Origin: Desulfatiglandales bacterium
Lineage (GTDB): Bacteria > Desulfobacterota > DSM-4660 > Desulfatiglandales > Desulfatiglandaceae
NCBI GenBank assembly: GCA_963666345.1
Contig: OY762721.1
Location: 1,024,001-1,088,000, forward strand
Direction: 5' to 3'
Length of the DNA stretch: 64,000 bases
A program made the translations under genes and the position numbers. Below the pieces are notes generated by a model, which did no database searches, was not told where the DNA came from, and was given only the letters and a program-made list of their open reading frames with translations. Numbering within the stretch: the first letter of the stretch is position 1; every line of letters starts with the position of its first letter. Shown piece by piece: positions 20,291 through 30,027 of this stretch.

Positions 20291-21418
20291 TTAACCGAGA
20301 ATAGCCAAAAAAACCCCGGCAGCAACTGCCGAACCTATTACACCGGCCACATTCGGTCCCATGGCCGCCATGAGCGGATTGACCCTTCCCTTTGTACTAC
20401 CCGACACATAAACCTGAACCACCCTTGCCGCCATGGGCACGGCAGACACACCGGCCGCCCCTATGCATGGGTTTATCTTTTTACCGGAAGGCAGAAAGAC
20501 GTTCATAAGCTTTGCGAACAGCACACCGCCCGCCGTACTGAAACCAAAGGCGACACCGCCCATGACAAGTATGCTTATGGTATCAAAGGTGAGAAAATGT
20601 TCGGCATCCATTGTCGCGCCTACCACAAGACCCAGGAATATGGTTACGATATCGATCAGGGCACCGCCGGCCGTCTTCTTGAGCCTCTCGGTAACAGTAC
20701 ACTCTCTGAGAAGATTCCCAAACATAAGCATCCCGATAAGAGGTGCGCTTGAGGGAATTGCCAGAGAGGCGAGGATACCGGTTGTGATCGGGAAAATAAT
20801 CACTGCCCTTTTAGATACAGGCCTTGCCTGGGGCATGTCTATTTCCCTCTCTTTTTGGGTTGTAAAAAGCCTCATTATGGGAGGTTGTATGATAGGAACC
20901 AGCGACATATAGCTGTAGGCCGCAACCGCTATCGGTCCCAGAAGATGAGGCGCCAGTTTGCTCGACAGAAATATGGAGGTAGGCCCGTCAGCTCCGCCGA
21001 TGATGCCGATAGCGGCCGCCTCTTCAGGCGTGAACCCGAAGATATAGGCTGCTCCAAGGGCCGCTGTAAATATCCCCAGTTGTGCGGCGGCACCAAGCAG
21101 AAATGTCATGGGTCTGCCCAGAAGGGGCCTGAAATCTGTAAGCACCCCGACTCCCATGAAAATAACAGGGGGAAGCAGTTCGGTCTTTATTCCCATCCTG
21201 TAGATGAGATTCATGAGACCGTCCATATGCGCCCCCATCTCCCCAAGAGGCAGGTTGGCCAGGATAGTACCGAATCCGATAGGAATCAGCAGAAGAGGTT
21301 CATATCCTTTTCTTATGGCGAGGAAAATGAGAATCCCCGCCACTATGAACATTGCTATGTTGCCCCAGGTCAGATTGGCAAATCCGGATTTCGTTATAAG
21401 CTGAACGATAGTTTCCAT
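20291..21418 (-). CDS. oadB: Na+-translocating decarboxylase beta subunit
   Basis: YEPLLLIPIGFG, IGIIGGADGPT, AYSYM, SAVPMAARV and MGPNVAG motifs. Confidence 0.93.
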   Translation of the reverse strand: METIVQLITKSGFANLTWGNIAMFIVAGILIFLAIRKGYEPLLLIPIGFGTILANLPLGEMGAHMDGLMNLIYRMGIKTELLPPVIFMGVGVLTDFRPLLGRPMTFLLGAAAQLGIFTAALGAAYIFGFTPEEAAAIGIIGGADGPTSIFLSSKLAPHLLGPIAVAAYSYMSLVPIIQPPIMRLFTTQKEREIDMPQARPVSKRAVIIFPITTGILASLAIPSSAPLIGMLMFGNLLRECTVTERLKKTAGGALIDIVTIFLGLVVGATMDAEHFLTFDTISILVMGGVAFGFSTAGGVLFAKLMNVFLPSGKKINPCIGAAGVSAVPMAARVVQVYVSGSTKGRVNPLMAAMGPNVAGVIGSAVAAGVFLAILG

Positions 21419-21421
21419 GAA

Positions 21422-23287
21422 TTATGCCTTTTTTGAAATAGTAACAATCGGAGTTGTAGCATCCACTTCATCGCCAATTTTCGCATTCACCGCACTTACA
21501 ACACCTTCAACAAGGGTCTTTATGTCATGGGTCGCCTTCATGGCCTCGACCTGTGCAACGGCCTGCCCCTCGGTAACCGTGTCTCCCACCGCCACGAGTA
21601 TGTCTACCAGATCGACTGAACCTGCGAACGAAGAGTAAACAGCCTCTTCCTCACCGCCTGCAGGAGCCGCCGCAGGTGCTGCTGCCGCTGCGGCAGGGGC
21701 CGCGGATGCTGCTGCTCCGGATGCCTCGATGGTTACCATGAAAGTCCTTGTGGCCTTGCCTTCCTTTACAATGCACTTGGAGGTAACCGGCCCTGTAATA
21801 GCCTGGACTGCTGCAGGAGCCGCCGCCTTTACTTCGGCAGCCTTGGGTTCTTCTTTCTTCTTGAGAGGGACATCCACCTTGCCGTTTCCAAGGAGGAACT
21901 TGAGTCCTTCATTTGCCGCCATCTTCTTGCCTGGCACCATCGCGGAGACCACGAAGAAGATGTTTTCCTCTGTGAGGGGAAGGTTGTTTTCCTCAAGGGC
22001 CTTCTTTGCCTCCGGGATCGGGTCGGAAACCTCGGCAAGAGGATCACCTTCAAAGGGTTCGATCCCCAGTTGATCCGCCGCCTTTTTGACGACATCGGGA
22101 TCAGGCGGCAGAGGCGGCCTTCCGTAATAACCAAGCACTGCCCTTCCGTAACCAGCCTCTATCTTCTCCCATCTGCCGTACATGACATTGTTGAATGCCT
22201 GCACCCAGTACTGCTGACTTCCGGGAGTAACGCTCGTCCATGCGCCGCCCGCCTCCACAACAACGGGGAACTCGGCCAGCACCTGGCTGTATTTGTCAAG
22301 AAGTCCAGCCTTCACCATCATATGGACGTTAGGTCCGATTGCTCCTCCCGGCATTGGAAAACCAACCACGCGGGCATCTGCGCTCGTGGTTACCGGATTG
22401 AAGGCATAGTCCTTCATCAGGTCGTTCAGCATATCCTCGATCATCTGCATCTTGGACACATTGATATTAAGGGAATAACCGGTTCCCCTGAGCGCGTGAG
22501 CCATTGAGCGTACGTCAGGCTGACAGGTCCCGCTTGCCAGAGGACGCACGGAAAGATCCACGGCATTTACCCCGCCTTCGATGCCAGCCACCATCTGTGA
22601 TACGGCCATGCTCGCGGTATCGTGAGTGTGCAGCCACAGATCCATATCAGCAGGCATATATTTTCTTATTGCTATGGCGGTTTCGTAACATGTCCTGGGA
22701 TCGGTTGTTCCACTTGCATCCTTCATACAGATGCTGTCGACCTGGATATCTGATTCAAAGAGCCTTTTCACGATATTTGAATAGAATTCGGCGTTATGCA
22801 CCTTGTCCGAATGAAATGGCAGTCCCATCATGGACACGCACACCTGATGATGCATTCCTGCCTTGACAATGGGCCGGCCTGTCTTGACCAGGTTCTCGAC
22901 ATCGTTCATGTAGTCGAAATTCCTGTCATAGGTCGTACCGTATTTGGCCATCAGCTTTGCCTGCAGTTCCAGGACCTCAGGGGTCTGCATGGTCAATGTT
23001 ACACCGGATACCGACCTGGTAAGGATCTGAAGATCGATCCCGGGCCCCACGGCGTCCTTCATCGCCTGCATGGTCTCAAAAGGGCTCTCGTTAAGGTAGA
23101 AAAGGGGTGCCTGATATCTTGCACCGCCACCGAATTCAAAGTGTTTTACCCCCGCCTCCTTGGCAGAGGCGATCATGGCCGGCAGATAATCGTTGAGTCT
23201 TACCTTCCCGCCGAAAGCACTCTGAAGACCGTCTCGGAAGGGCATGAATTGCGTCTTTATTTCCTTGGGCTTTTTCGTATAAATCAT
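21422..23287 (-). CDS. oadA: Oxaloacetate decarboxylase alpha subunit (carboxyltransferase + biotin carrier)
   Basis: FRDGLQS, KDASG, HTHD and VTPGSQ motifs; Ala/Pro linker; C-terminal EAMK biotinylation site. Confidence 0.85.
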   Translation of the reverse strand: MIYTKKPKEIKTQFMPFRDGLQSAFGGKVRLNDYLPAMIASAKEAGVKHFEFGGGARYQAPLFYLNESPFETMQAMKDAVGPGIDLQILTRSVSGVTLTMQTPEVLELQAKLMAKYGTTYDRNFDYMNDVENLVKTGRPIVKAGMHHQVCVSMMGLPFHSDKVHNAEFYSNIVKRLFESDIQVDSICMKDASGTTDPRTCYETAIAIRKYMPADMDLWLHTHDTASMAVSQMVAGIEGGVNAVDLSVRPLASGTCQPDVRSMAHALRGTGYSLNINVSKMQMIEDMLNDLMKDYAFNPVTTSADARVVGFPMPGGAIGPNVHMMVKAGLLDKYSQVLAEFPVVVEAGGAWTSVTPGSQQYWVQAFNNVMYGRWEKIEAGYGRAVLGYYGRPPLPPDPDVVKKAADQLGIEPFEGDPLAEVSDPIPEAKKALEENNLPLTEENIFFVVSAMVPGKKMAANEGLKFLLGNGKVDVPLKKKEEPKAAEVKAAAPAAVQAITGPVTSKCIVKEGKATRTFMVTIEASGAAASAAPAAAAAAPAAAPAGGEEEAVYSSFAGSVDLVDILVAVGDTVTEGQAVAQVEAMKATHDIKTLVEGVVSAVNAKIGDEVDATTPIVTISKKA

Positions 23288-23289
23288 TT

Positions 23290-23511
23290 TTACCTCTTAC
23301 CTCCTCCTACTTCCTCAATCTTGGTTATTTTTGTCCCTGGATGCACATATGCATAGGCCGAGCCTATGGCGGCGACAACAGCGGGATCGGTTCCATTCTT
23401 TTTCTCGGGGAAAACGGCTATAAGCAGGCGCATCGCAACAGCCAGAAAGACAAGCACCGCAAATACCGAGACAAAAGACGAAATGCAAATCATAAAAAGA
23501 TTCGCTTCCAT
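23290..23511 (-). CDS. oadG: Na+-translocating decarboxylase gamma/delta subunit
   Basis: Single TM (SVFAVLVFLA) and DPAVVAAI motif, directly upstream of oadA. Confidence 0.75.
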   Translation of the reverse strand: MEANLFMICISSFVSVFAVLVFLAVAMRLLIAVFPEKKNGTDPAVVAAIGSAYAYVHPGTKITKIEEVGGGKR

Positions 23512-23733
23512 TTATAACACCTCATTAAATCAATTTATTAAAAGTTACGGTAAACAGAATACTATTTTACTTTCCAGAGACTAGGCATATATTATCTAAT
23601 CAAAACCTTGTCAAGGCTAATCTCTATCACCGGCTGACGATCCGGATATGCCGCACTGTGCTACACTCCTGTAAGGGGCCGCAACACAACACCAACTGCA
23701 GGCCTTATTACTCCTAAGCCTTATTCATGTTTA

Positions 23734-23881
23734 TGGTCAAATGGTAAAACCACTTAGATTCACTACAGCAAGAAGAAATAAAAATCAAGCATTTTATATC
23801 GAATAAATCATAAAAACATGGGAGTTAAAGCTGAACATGGACAACATGGCTCTGAGGCGTTTTGGTCAAATGGTAAAACCA
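23734..23881. promoter_or_regulatory. Two identical 19-bp GntR-type operators
   Basis: tggtcaaatggtaaaacca at 23734-23752 and 23863-23881. Confidence 0.75.
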
Positions 23882-23903
23882 AATAGGCCGTCTCCATTTA
23901 ATG

Positions 23904-23918
23904 GCAAATATCATGCCA
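23904..23918 (-). promoter_or_regulatory. Sigma-54 promoter of oadGAB
   Basis: TGGCATGATATTTGC on the minus strand; upstream element TGTCAA-N5-TTTACA-N3-TGTAAA at 24006-24031. Confidence 0.75.
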
Positions 23919-23954
23919 CATTCCATTGTCTTTTTCCAATCCATTAAATTTACC

Positions 23955-23992
23955 AAAAAACAAGGTCTTCCCGTCAAAAAGGAAAGACCTTG
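23955..23992 (-). terminator. Intrinsic terminator of the methyltransferase/RACE operon
   Basis: caaggtcttcc...ggaaagaccttg stem with an adjacent A-run. Confidence 0.65.
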
Positions 23993-24053
23993 AAAGGACT
24001 TTTCGTGTCAATTTTTTTTACACAATGTAAACTTTCATAACTGAAACCTTACC

Positions 24054-25916
24054 CTATGCCTGATTTTCCTCTGGAGGAAATGTCATTGCCATGGCAAATT
24101 GAGTGGGAAAATCCCTTTCTTCCGCCAGTTCCAGGAATCTTATCGATGGAACCAGCCCTTCAGCGATCTTCCTATGACTCCTGTTCAGCAGGGCCTTTAT
24201 AGCACCGACTCCTGCTGCATTTTCCACTACCTCCACCCTGGAAAAGGCCTTTGCATCAGGAAGCATCCCGATTGCCACAGCATTACGCCAGTCAAAACGG
24301 GCACCAAAGGCCCCGGTAAGGACTATCCTGTCGATATGATTCACATTCGCGTTTTTCATGAGCATCTTTATGCCGGTGGCAAGCGCCCCCTTTGCGAGCT
24401 GGATCTGCCTTATATCGGTAAGGGTGATGGAGATTTCCTTTCCCCCCTGAGATTTTTCGGCAGGTACCAGGATGAATTGCCGGCCTATTCCCTTTTCATC
24501 CGTGATAACCCCTGGCATACCCTCCTTTAACCTGCCGCTCGGAAGCATTATGCCGTTTCTGAGCATTTCGGCTACCGAATCGATAATGGCGGACCCGCAC
24601 AGGCCTCTGGGCCTGTCCCCTTCAGGCTCGCCCAGCACTTCGTAGGATACCCTTAATGAATCAGGGTCTATCCCCAGTCTGTGAATCGCACCCGAAGACG
24701 CCCTCATGCCGCACTCGATCTGGGCACCCTCAAGGGCCGGCCCGGTCGCGCAGCTTGTCACCCACAGGCCCTTTCTGTTTCCAAGCACAATTTCACCGTT
24801 TGTGCCGATATCCACAATAAGAGATATATCGTCCCTCTCATAAGGCCTTTCAGAGATAATTACGCCCATTGTATCCCCGCCCACAAAGCCGGAGATCATC
24901 GGAAAAAAATGGACATTTGTACCTGGATTCAGACCAAGCCCCAGATCAGAGGCCGTCATATCCTCGATAATTCTAGCTACAGGGAAATATGGAGCAAAAC
25001 CGAGGCCGTTAAGATGAATGCCGGCAAAGGCCTGCTGCATGGTGGTGTTTCCAACCACAGTAACCTCGTCCACATCCTCCCTTTCTGCTCCGGCCTTTTC
25101 CAGGCACCGTCCTATTATCTCGTTTATTCCCTGAGTGACCGTCTTATGGAGCATCTCCATACCCGATTCATATTCATTGGCGTAACTTATCCTGCTGATC
25201 ACATCCTCTCCGTATCTTCTCTGAGGATTTGCAGTGGCTGATGACGCCAGAAGCTCACCTTTTGCGAGATCACATAGATAGGCGGCAAGCGTGGTCGTCC
25301 CGATATCCAGGGCAACCCCGAGAGACCTCCTCCTGTCACCCTTTAAGACGGCCGTCACACCCCTTTCAAGATGGTTTACAACTGTTATGTCATGATTGCA
25401 GACAAAGGGGCTGCTTACGGACCTTAATGAGTGGACCTGCCTGAACTCGACCTCTTTACCCGTTTCTTTTTTCATTCTCCGGCGGACACGCCCGACAAGA
25501 TCCATTGCCCCGTCTTCCTGGGCTTCCCTGCTTCCTGAAGCGGGGAGAAAAAGTCTTTCAATCATCGGATCAGGGGTGAAATTACCGGATATACCGGTCT
25601 TGTAGCCAGCCTCTCCGCTGTCGATTGACCCACTCGGTATGGCAATGTTTACCGGCCCATTTACCTTTGCCTGGCACGCGAGACGATATCCGTCGTCGAC
25701 CTGTTCCTGCTTTAAAAACCGCATTTCCTGTTCCGAAAGCCTTGAGAGATTATCAGGCTGATTCACCGCTACAAGGCATTTTCCGCACAGCCCCTTTCCC
25801 CCGCAGTCGGAACGGATCGGTATGCTGTTATCAGAGGCGATTTCAAGAATAGATTTTCCAGGTTCCACATCAAGTGCAACGCCCATAGGCTCAAAGACTA
25901 CTCTACAGTTATGCAT
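24054..25916 (-). CDS. Reductive activator of corrinoid enzymes (RACE/RACo, ASKHA domain + N-terminal 2Fe-2S)
   Basis: CGGKGLCGKC...RLACQ, DIGTTT, NPQ..YG.DVISRI, GNT.M, DIGTNGE, CATGPALEG and GAFG motifs. Confidence 0.92.
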   Translation of the reverse strand: MHNCRVVFEPMGVALDVEPGKSILEIASDNSIPIRSDCGGKGLCGKCLVAVNQPDNLSRLSEQEMRFLKQEQVDDGYRLACQAKVNGPVNIAIPSGSIDSGEAGYKTGISGNFTPDPMIERLFLPASGSREAQEDGAMDLVGRVRRRMKKETGKEVEFRQVHSLRSVSSPFVCNHDITVVNHLERGVTAVLKGDRRRSLGVALDIGTTTLAAYLCDLAKGELLASSATANPQRRYGEDVISRISYANEYESGMEMLHKTVTQGINEIIGRCLEKAGAEREDVDEVTVVGNTTMQQAFAGIHLNGLGFAPYFPVARIIEDMTASDLGLGLNPGTNVHFFPMISGFVGGDTMGVIISERPYERDDISLIVDIGTNGEIVLGNRKGLWVTSCATGPALEGAQIECGMRASSGAIHRLGIDPDSLRVSYEVLGEPEGDRPRGLCGSAIIDSVAEMLRNGIMLPSGRLKEGMPGVITDEKGIGRQFILVPAEKSQGGKEISITLTDIRQIQLAKGALATGIKMLMKNANVNHIDRIVLTGAFGARFDWRNAVAIGMLPDAKAFSRVEVVENAAGVGAIKALLNRSHRKIAEGLVPSIRFLELAEERDFPTQFAMAMTFPPEENQA

Positions 25917-26044
25917 TTATTTATTCCCTTTAAAAACATCTTCCCTCTTACAGTATAGATGTGAAAAATTGTGGCTATCCTCTAATTTATTTGGTTAAAA
26001 TAGGTCCCAGGGCTCCAGGATTCGAAGGTTCAAGTGGATGATGT

Positions 26045-26743
26045 TCAATCCAGAAACATATCCGCGTTTATCTTCTCCCCCGGCCTGATGCGAAAAAAAT
26101 AGTCATCGCCGTAGGGTCCCCCCAGTATTTTTCTGAAATATTCAAGGCTTGTTGCGGGAATCTCTTCATATTCCTTCTGAAAAAACTCGGCGTTTTCCTT
26201 TGCCCTTCTGCGGATTCGGGCCATATCGGACAAACCGGTCTGTATCAAGCTTATGTGGGTGTAGTGTTTAAGCTGCTCCTTCATGGCCCAGACAGCCTTT
26301 TCCCTGCCCATCCTGGGGGCGTAATCATTTTCTATAAGACCTAGCGGATCCTTTTTCTCGGAAATCCATCCGGGCGTGAGATAATAGGTGCCTGGTCTTT
26401 CGGAAAATGCCTGGCTGTAAGCCCCGGGAGACCCCAAAAAAAGCCCCACGCAATCATGGCACCGCGGGACAAAAAGGTCCTGTTTTACTGCCTCAACCCC
26501 CACTATACCCATTGAGCAGAGCCCGTAGCCTAAAACGATGTATGTGGCGTATCCGGAAGAAAGATCGACCTGTTCCTGTATGAGGCCGGGCATCCTTTCA
26601 GGCGTGAGGTGCAGGTTCTGATCAAGATATCTTATCTCCACACCTTCATACTCATCAAGGAGCGCGCCAAGCTCCCTTTCAATCGACCTGCAGGCCACTA
26701 CCACAGGCCGGTATTCAGCATCAAAAGGTATTTTTTTATTCAA
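26045..26743 (-). CDS. DUF1638 family protein
   Basis: AC..I..E, LH..PE, LGYGLC..G..G, HDC..LFLGS and GTYYLTPGW motifs. Confidence 0.85.
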   Translation of the reverse strand: MNKKIPFDAEYRPVVVACRSIERELGALLDEYEGVEIRYLDQNLHLTPERMPGLIQEQVDLSSGYATYIVLGYGLCSMGIVGVEAVKQDLFVPRCHDCVGLFLGSPGAYSQAFSERPGTYYLTPGWISEKKDPLGLIENDYAPRMGREKAVWAMKEQLKHYTHISLIQTGLSDMARIRRRAKENAEFFQKEYEEIPATSLEYFRKILGGPYGDDYFFRIRPGEKINADMFLD

Positions 26744-26774
26744 CTTTATTTCCCAATTCTAAAACCGCTCAATC

Positions 26775-28076
26775 TTATTGTCGGTCAAGGTTTCTCTTTT
26801 TGATGATATCGGAAATCCCGGGAAGATTTCCCTTTTCGTCAAACGGCAGGTCAAATGCCCCATCATAGACTTCGATATCATCTCTATTTTTCATCTCTTT
26901 TGCCAGTGCGCCTGAAACCGCCATCAACTCCATTGAAAGGGTGTTGCTTATCCATGCGACCTTTACCGTTTCCGGGCTCCAGAGCCCGATCGTGTCGAAG
27001 GCGGCCTGAAGGGCATCCCTGTCAGAGGAAAGAACCATCGGTATGCGTGCCTTTTCAGGGGCGACCGCAGTGATACAGTTGGTGTTGACCGCCTTGAAAT
27101 CTATTTTTTCATATGCCCTTTGCGTGGTATAATCGGCAAGACCTATGCCTGTGGCGTTCCCGGCGGTCCTTTCCGTAAGATCCCTTACAACGATCCTTGT
27201 AATTCTGGGAGTCGTGCATTCCTCCTCATAGATGTTCATTATCCTGCCGATCACCTTTGTATCCATTCCCGCGCCTGAGATGTCCTTGCCGATTTCATCC
27301 ACAAGGAGAATGTCGAGGTCTTCGACAGGAAGTTTTGACCGGTACTTCTTCGACTCTTCAAGCAGCTCAGGCTCTCTTTCAAAGACCTCGGAGGCCGGAA
27401 CCACCTCCAATTTCGCCAGCCTGTTCGTATGATCCTCTATGATCGCAACACCCGCCAGGATATTGAGATTTTTGAAAAGACCTTTGCTTATCTCCTGAAT
27501 GGCCTTATAATAGGTGATGTTTACGGCAAGTTTATGCATGATCTCGGCTCCCGCATGCCTGCCTAATCCCACAACCGCCATCTTGAGAAGGCCCGATTCT
27601 GTCTCGCCGATATATTCGGTATGCACCTTTACGCGGTTTACGATCAGGATATGATCCGCCTCAGCCACGACCCTGTCCACGTAAAGGGGGACATCGTCGA
27701 GCACGGTGCCGACCCGGACTGTCTCCATATCGGAATAGACAGGGGCGCCGATACTGTCTTCCGTAATACCTAGATGTGCCAGCACCTCTACCTGAAGATT
27801 AGCCTCTCCCCTTCCGTGACTCCCCATGGCAGGGAAAAGCAGGGGCACGCCCCCCGCCTTTCGCACCTCTTTTACGCAGCCTCTGAGCACATCGACCATG
27901 CAGCTTATGCCGCGACTCCCGGCTGTTATAAGGACCTTGTCCCCCTTCTTTATCTGGTTAAGCAGGCCGGTCCGAATGAACTCCGATCCAACGGATTCTT
28001 CCGCATTCGCTTCTCTCCCCGGTTCGAACGCCTGTCTTATGATCCCGAATTCAGGATATGAATCACATTTTTCCAT
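26775..28076 (-). CDS. LarA-like (DUF2088 / lactate racemase superfamily) protein
   Basis: ITAGSRGI, PAMGSHG, NRVK.HT, ESGLLKM..VGLG, GKDISGAGMD.KVIGR and GNA.GIGLAD motifs. Confidence 0.8.
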   Translation of the reverse strand: MEKCDSYPEFGIIRQAFEPGREANAEESVGSEFIRTGLLNQIKKGDKVLITAGSRGISCMVDVLRGCVKEVRKAGGVPLLFPAMGSHGRGEANLQVEVLAHLGITEDSIGAPVYSDMETVRVGTVLDDVPLYVDRVVAEADHILIVNRVKVHTEYIGETESGLLKMAVVGLGRHAGAEIMHKLAVNITYYKAIQEISKGLFKNLNILAGVAIIEDHTNRLAKLEVVPASEVFEREPELLEESKKYRSKLPVEDLDILLVDEIGKDISGAGMDTKVIGRIMNIYEEECTTPRITRIVVRDLTERTAGNATGIGLADYTTQRAYEKIDFKAVNTNCITAVAPEKARIPMVLSSDRDALQAAFDTIGLWSPETVKVAWISNTLSMELMAVSGALAKEMKNRDDIEVYDGAFDLPFDEKGNLPGISDIIKKRNLDRQ

Positions 28077-28138
28077 TTCCTCATCCCGCCTTTCTCAAAC
28101 CTATTAATATAGAAGGTAAAAGGTCTTTTCACGTTCCT

Positions 28139-28933
28139 CTATTCCAATCTCCCGTCCCTGAACGCGGTTATGTATGCCATGCAGAAATCATCCTTTCCCA
28201 TAACCGCGAGAGCGGCCTTAAGGGACCCGAAAAGCTTCCTGTCCGTGGGATCAAGGATCGCGGAATCAAGTCCGTACGCGATAGCCGTGACAAGAAAGGT
28301 CCTGTTCACAAGCTTTCTTTCAGGTATTCCGTAAGAGACATTCGTGAGCCCGCATGTGGTATGTACGCCCGGATGATTTTCCATTATACCCTTGATCGCG
28401 GTAACCGTGTAAAGGGCGGACTGAGGATTTGTCGAAACGGGATAGACAAGCGGATCGATATAAAGATCTCCTATAGGCACCCCGGCGGCAGTAACTTTTT
28501 CCACCAGCTCGGCCGCCATTTCCGTCTTCTCTTCAACCGATTCGGCCATGGTGTCTTCCGACTGGCAAAGGCCGATTATCTTTGCCTTTTTCTCTACGAC
28601 CAGAGGAAGCATGCCTTCAAGGCGGGCTGGTTCCAGGTTGATCGAATTTATCATGGGCGGTTTTTCCACAAGGGGCAGGACCTCCCTGATTACCTCCGGG
28701 TCCGGGCTGTCAACTGAAAGGGGCTTGTCCGTAACCGCCTGTACCGCCTCTATCATCCACTTGAGATGCTCGGCCTCCTGTCCCACAAAGGTGCCCGCAT
28801 TAACATCTATATAGTCGCCTCCTGCGGCGTCCTGTGCCTTTGCCTCATTCTGGATAAACTCCACATCGTGAGCCTCTATGGCCCTGGCTATTGATTTACG
28901 TGATGAATTGATTCTTTCCGCTATGATAAGCAT
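28139..28933 (-). CDS. Methyltetrahydrofolate:corrinoid methyltransferase (AcsE-like pterin-binding)
   Basis: MLIIAERIN.SRK, IDVNAG, DS.D, INS, DPLV.P and GL.NVSYG motifs. Confidence 0.92.
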   Translation of the reverse strand: MLIIAERINSSRKSIARAIEAHDVEFIQNEAKAQDAAGGDYIDVNAGTFVGQEAEHLKWMIEAVQAVTDKPLSVDSPDPEVIREVLPLVEKPPMINSINLEPARLEGMLPLVVEKKAKIIGLCQSEDTMAESVEEKTEMAAELVEKVTAAGVPIGDLYIDPLVYPVSTNPQSALYTVTAIKGIMENHPGVHTTCGLTNVSYGIPERKLVNRTFLVTAIAYGLDSAILDPTDRKLFGSLKAALAVMGKDDFCMAYITAFRDGRLE

Positions 28934-28971
28934 TACCTTCCTCCTGATAGATCCTTGTTTTTAATAAATTC

Positions 28972-29982
28972 TCAATAACCGTCCCTGCATGCGGCAACTA
29001 TCGCCTTGAGATTCTCGATAGGGGTTGCAAGAGGGATGGCGCACTCAGGGCCTATGATATCCACACCAGCATCGATTGCGTATCTCGCCTGTTCATAGGC
29101 CTGATCAGGTGTGCCGTCATAGAGGACCTGGGCGTTATTTACGCAGCCTGCAAGCGATATCCTGTGGCCCACCTTTTCGACGGCCAGTTTCGCGTCCACC
29201 TGCCACTCAAAGTGATACGCGTCGAAACCCGCGTCCGCGAAAAGCTCGATTCGATCGGCACAGTTGCCGCACACATGGAGGATGAGCGGCCCCTGAATCT
29301 GCGCGGTCATCTCCTTATGGATCGGGAGAAGTATTTCCTCATAATGTTTCGCGCTTACCAGATTCCCGGTAGCGTGATCCGCGAACACGACCATATCCGC
29401 CCCTGCCTGAAACTGTGCGTTTATCGAGGCTATGGTGGCAGGCATGAGCTGTCTGAGCATCCTGTCCACCTTCTCAAGCTCACCCATGCCTATCTGAAGC
29501 AAAAAATTCTGGGTACCGGCCATGTGATATGACAGGGTCCAGGGTCCCATCGCCTTACCTATAATCGCTACCCTGCCCCCTACATGCCTCCGCAGTATGG
29601 AAATGGCGTCCAGCACCACCCTCATTGAGGGCCTTTCAAGGAAATCTTCAGGGACCTCTATGTCCGAGAAATCCTCGTAAAGGAAATTCTTGCAGTCAGG
29701 CATCTTGTCCCTGTCGCCCCAGTCCACTTCCGCGCCAAGGGCAGAGGCCTCCTGGTCAACACTGTATTCGGGCATTACGCTGTCAAATCCGATCAATTCG
29801 TGTCCGGCCAGGGCAAGTTCAGCCATGGCTTCAGGATTCAGATGGGCCTCGGGAAAGGAAATGCCCGTTGCATCCATGAGGTCATGGCATGCTATCGAGG
29901 TTGGATTGCCCGCAGGCGGTCTTTCGCCCTTTCTTCCACCATAAAGGGCCGACATCATCAGATTATAGGGTGTGGATTTCAT
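28972..29982 (-). CDS. MtaA/CmuA-family methyltransferase (URO-D fold)
   Basis: FPEAH, EASALGA, GPWTL and a Zn-type motif LHVCG...GPEC. Confidence 0.9.
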   Translation of the reverse strand: MKSTPYNLMMSALYGGRKGERPPAGNPTSIACHDLMDATGISFPEAHLNPEAMAELALAGHELIGFDSVMPEYSVDQEASALGAEVDWGDRDKMPDCKNFLYEDFSDIEVPEDFLERPSMRVVLDAISILRRHVGGRVAIIGKAMGPWTLSYHMAGTQNFLLQIGMGELEKVDRMLRQLMPATIASINAQFQAGADMVVFADHATGNLVSAKHYEEILLPIHKEMTAQIQGPLILHVCGNCADRIELFADAGFDAYHFEWQVDAKLAVEKVGHRISLAGCVNNAQVLYDGTPDQAYEQARYAIDAGVDIIGPECAIPLATPIENLKAIVAACRDGY

Positions 29983-30027
29983 CTATGTTTCCTCCTGACT
30001 TCACTTTGCAAATGTATCATTTTATAC

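Noticed and set aside
21650..21725. GC-rich short repeats
   Set aside because: They encode the Ala/Pro linker of OadA and are not a DNA repeat element.
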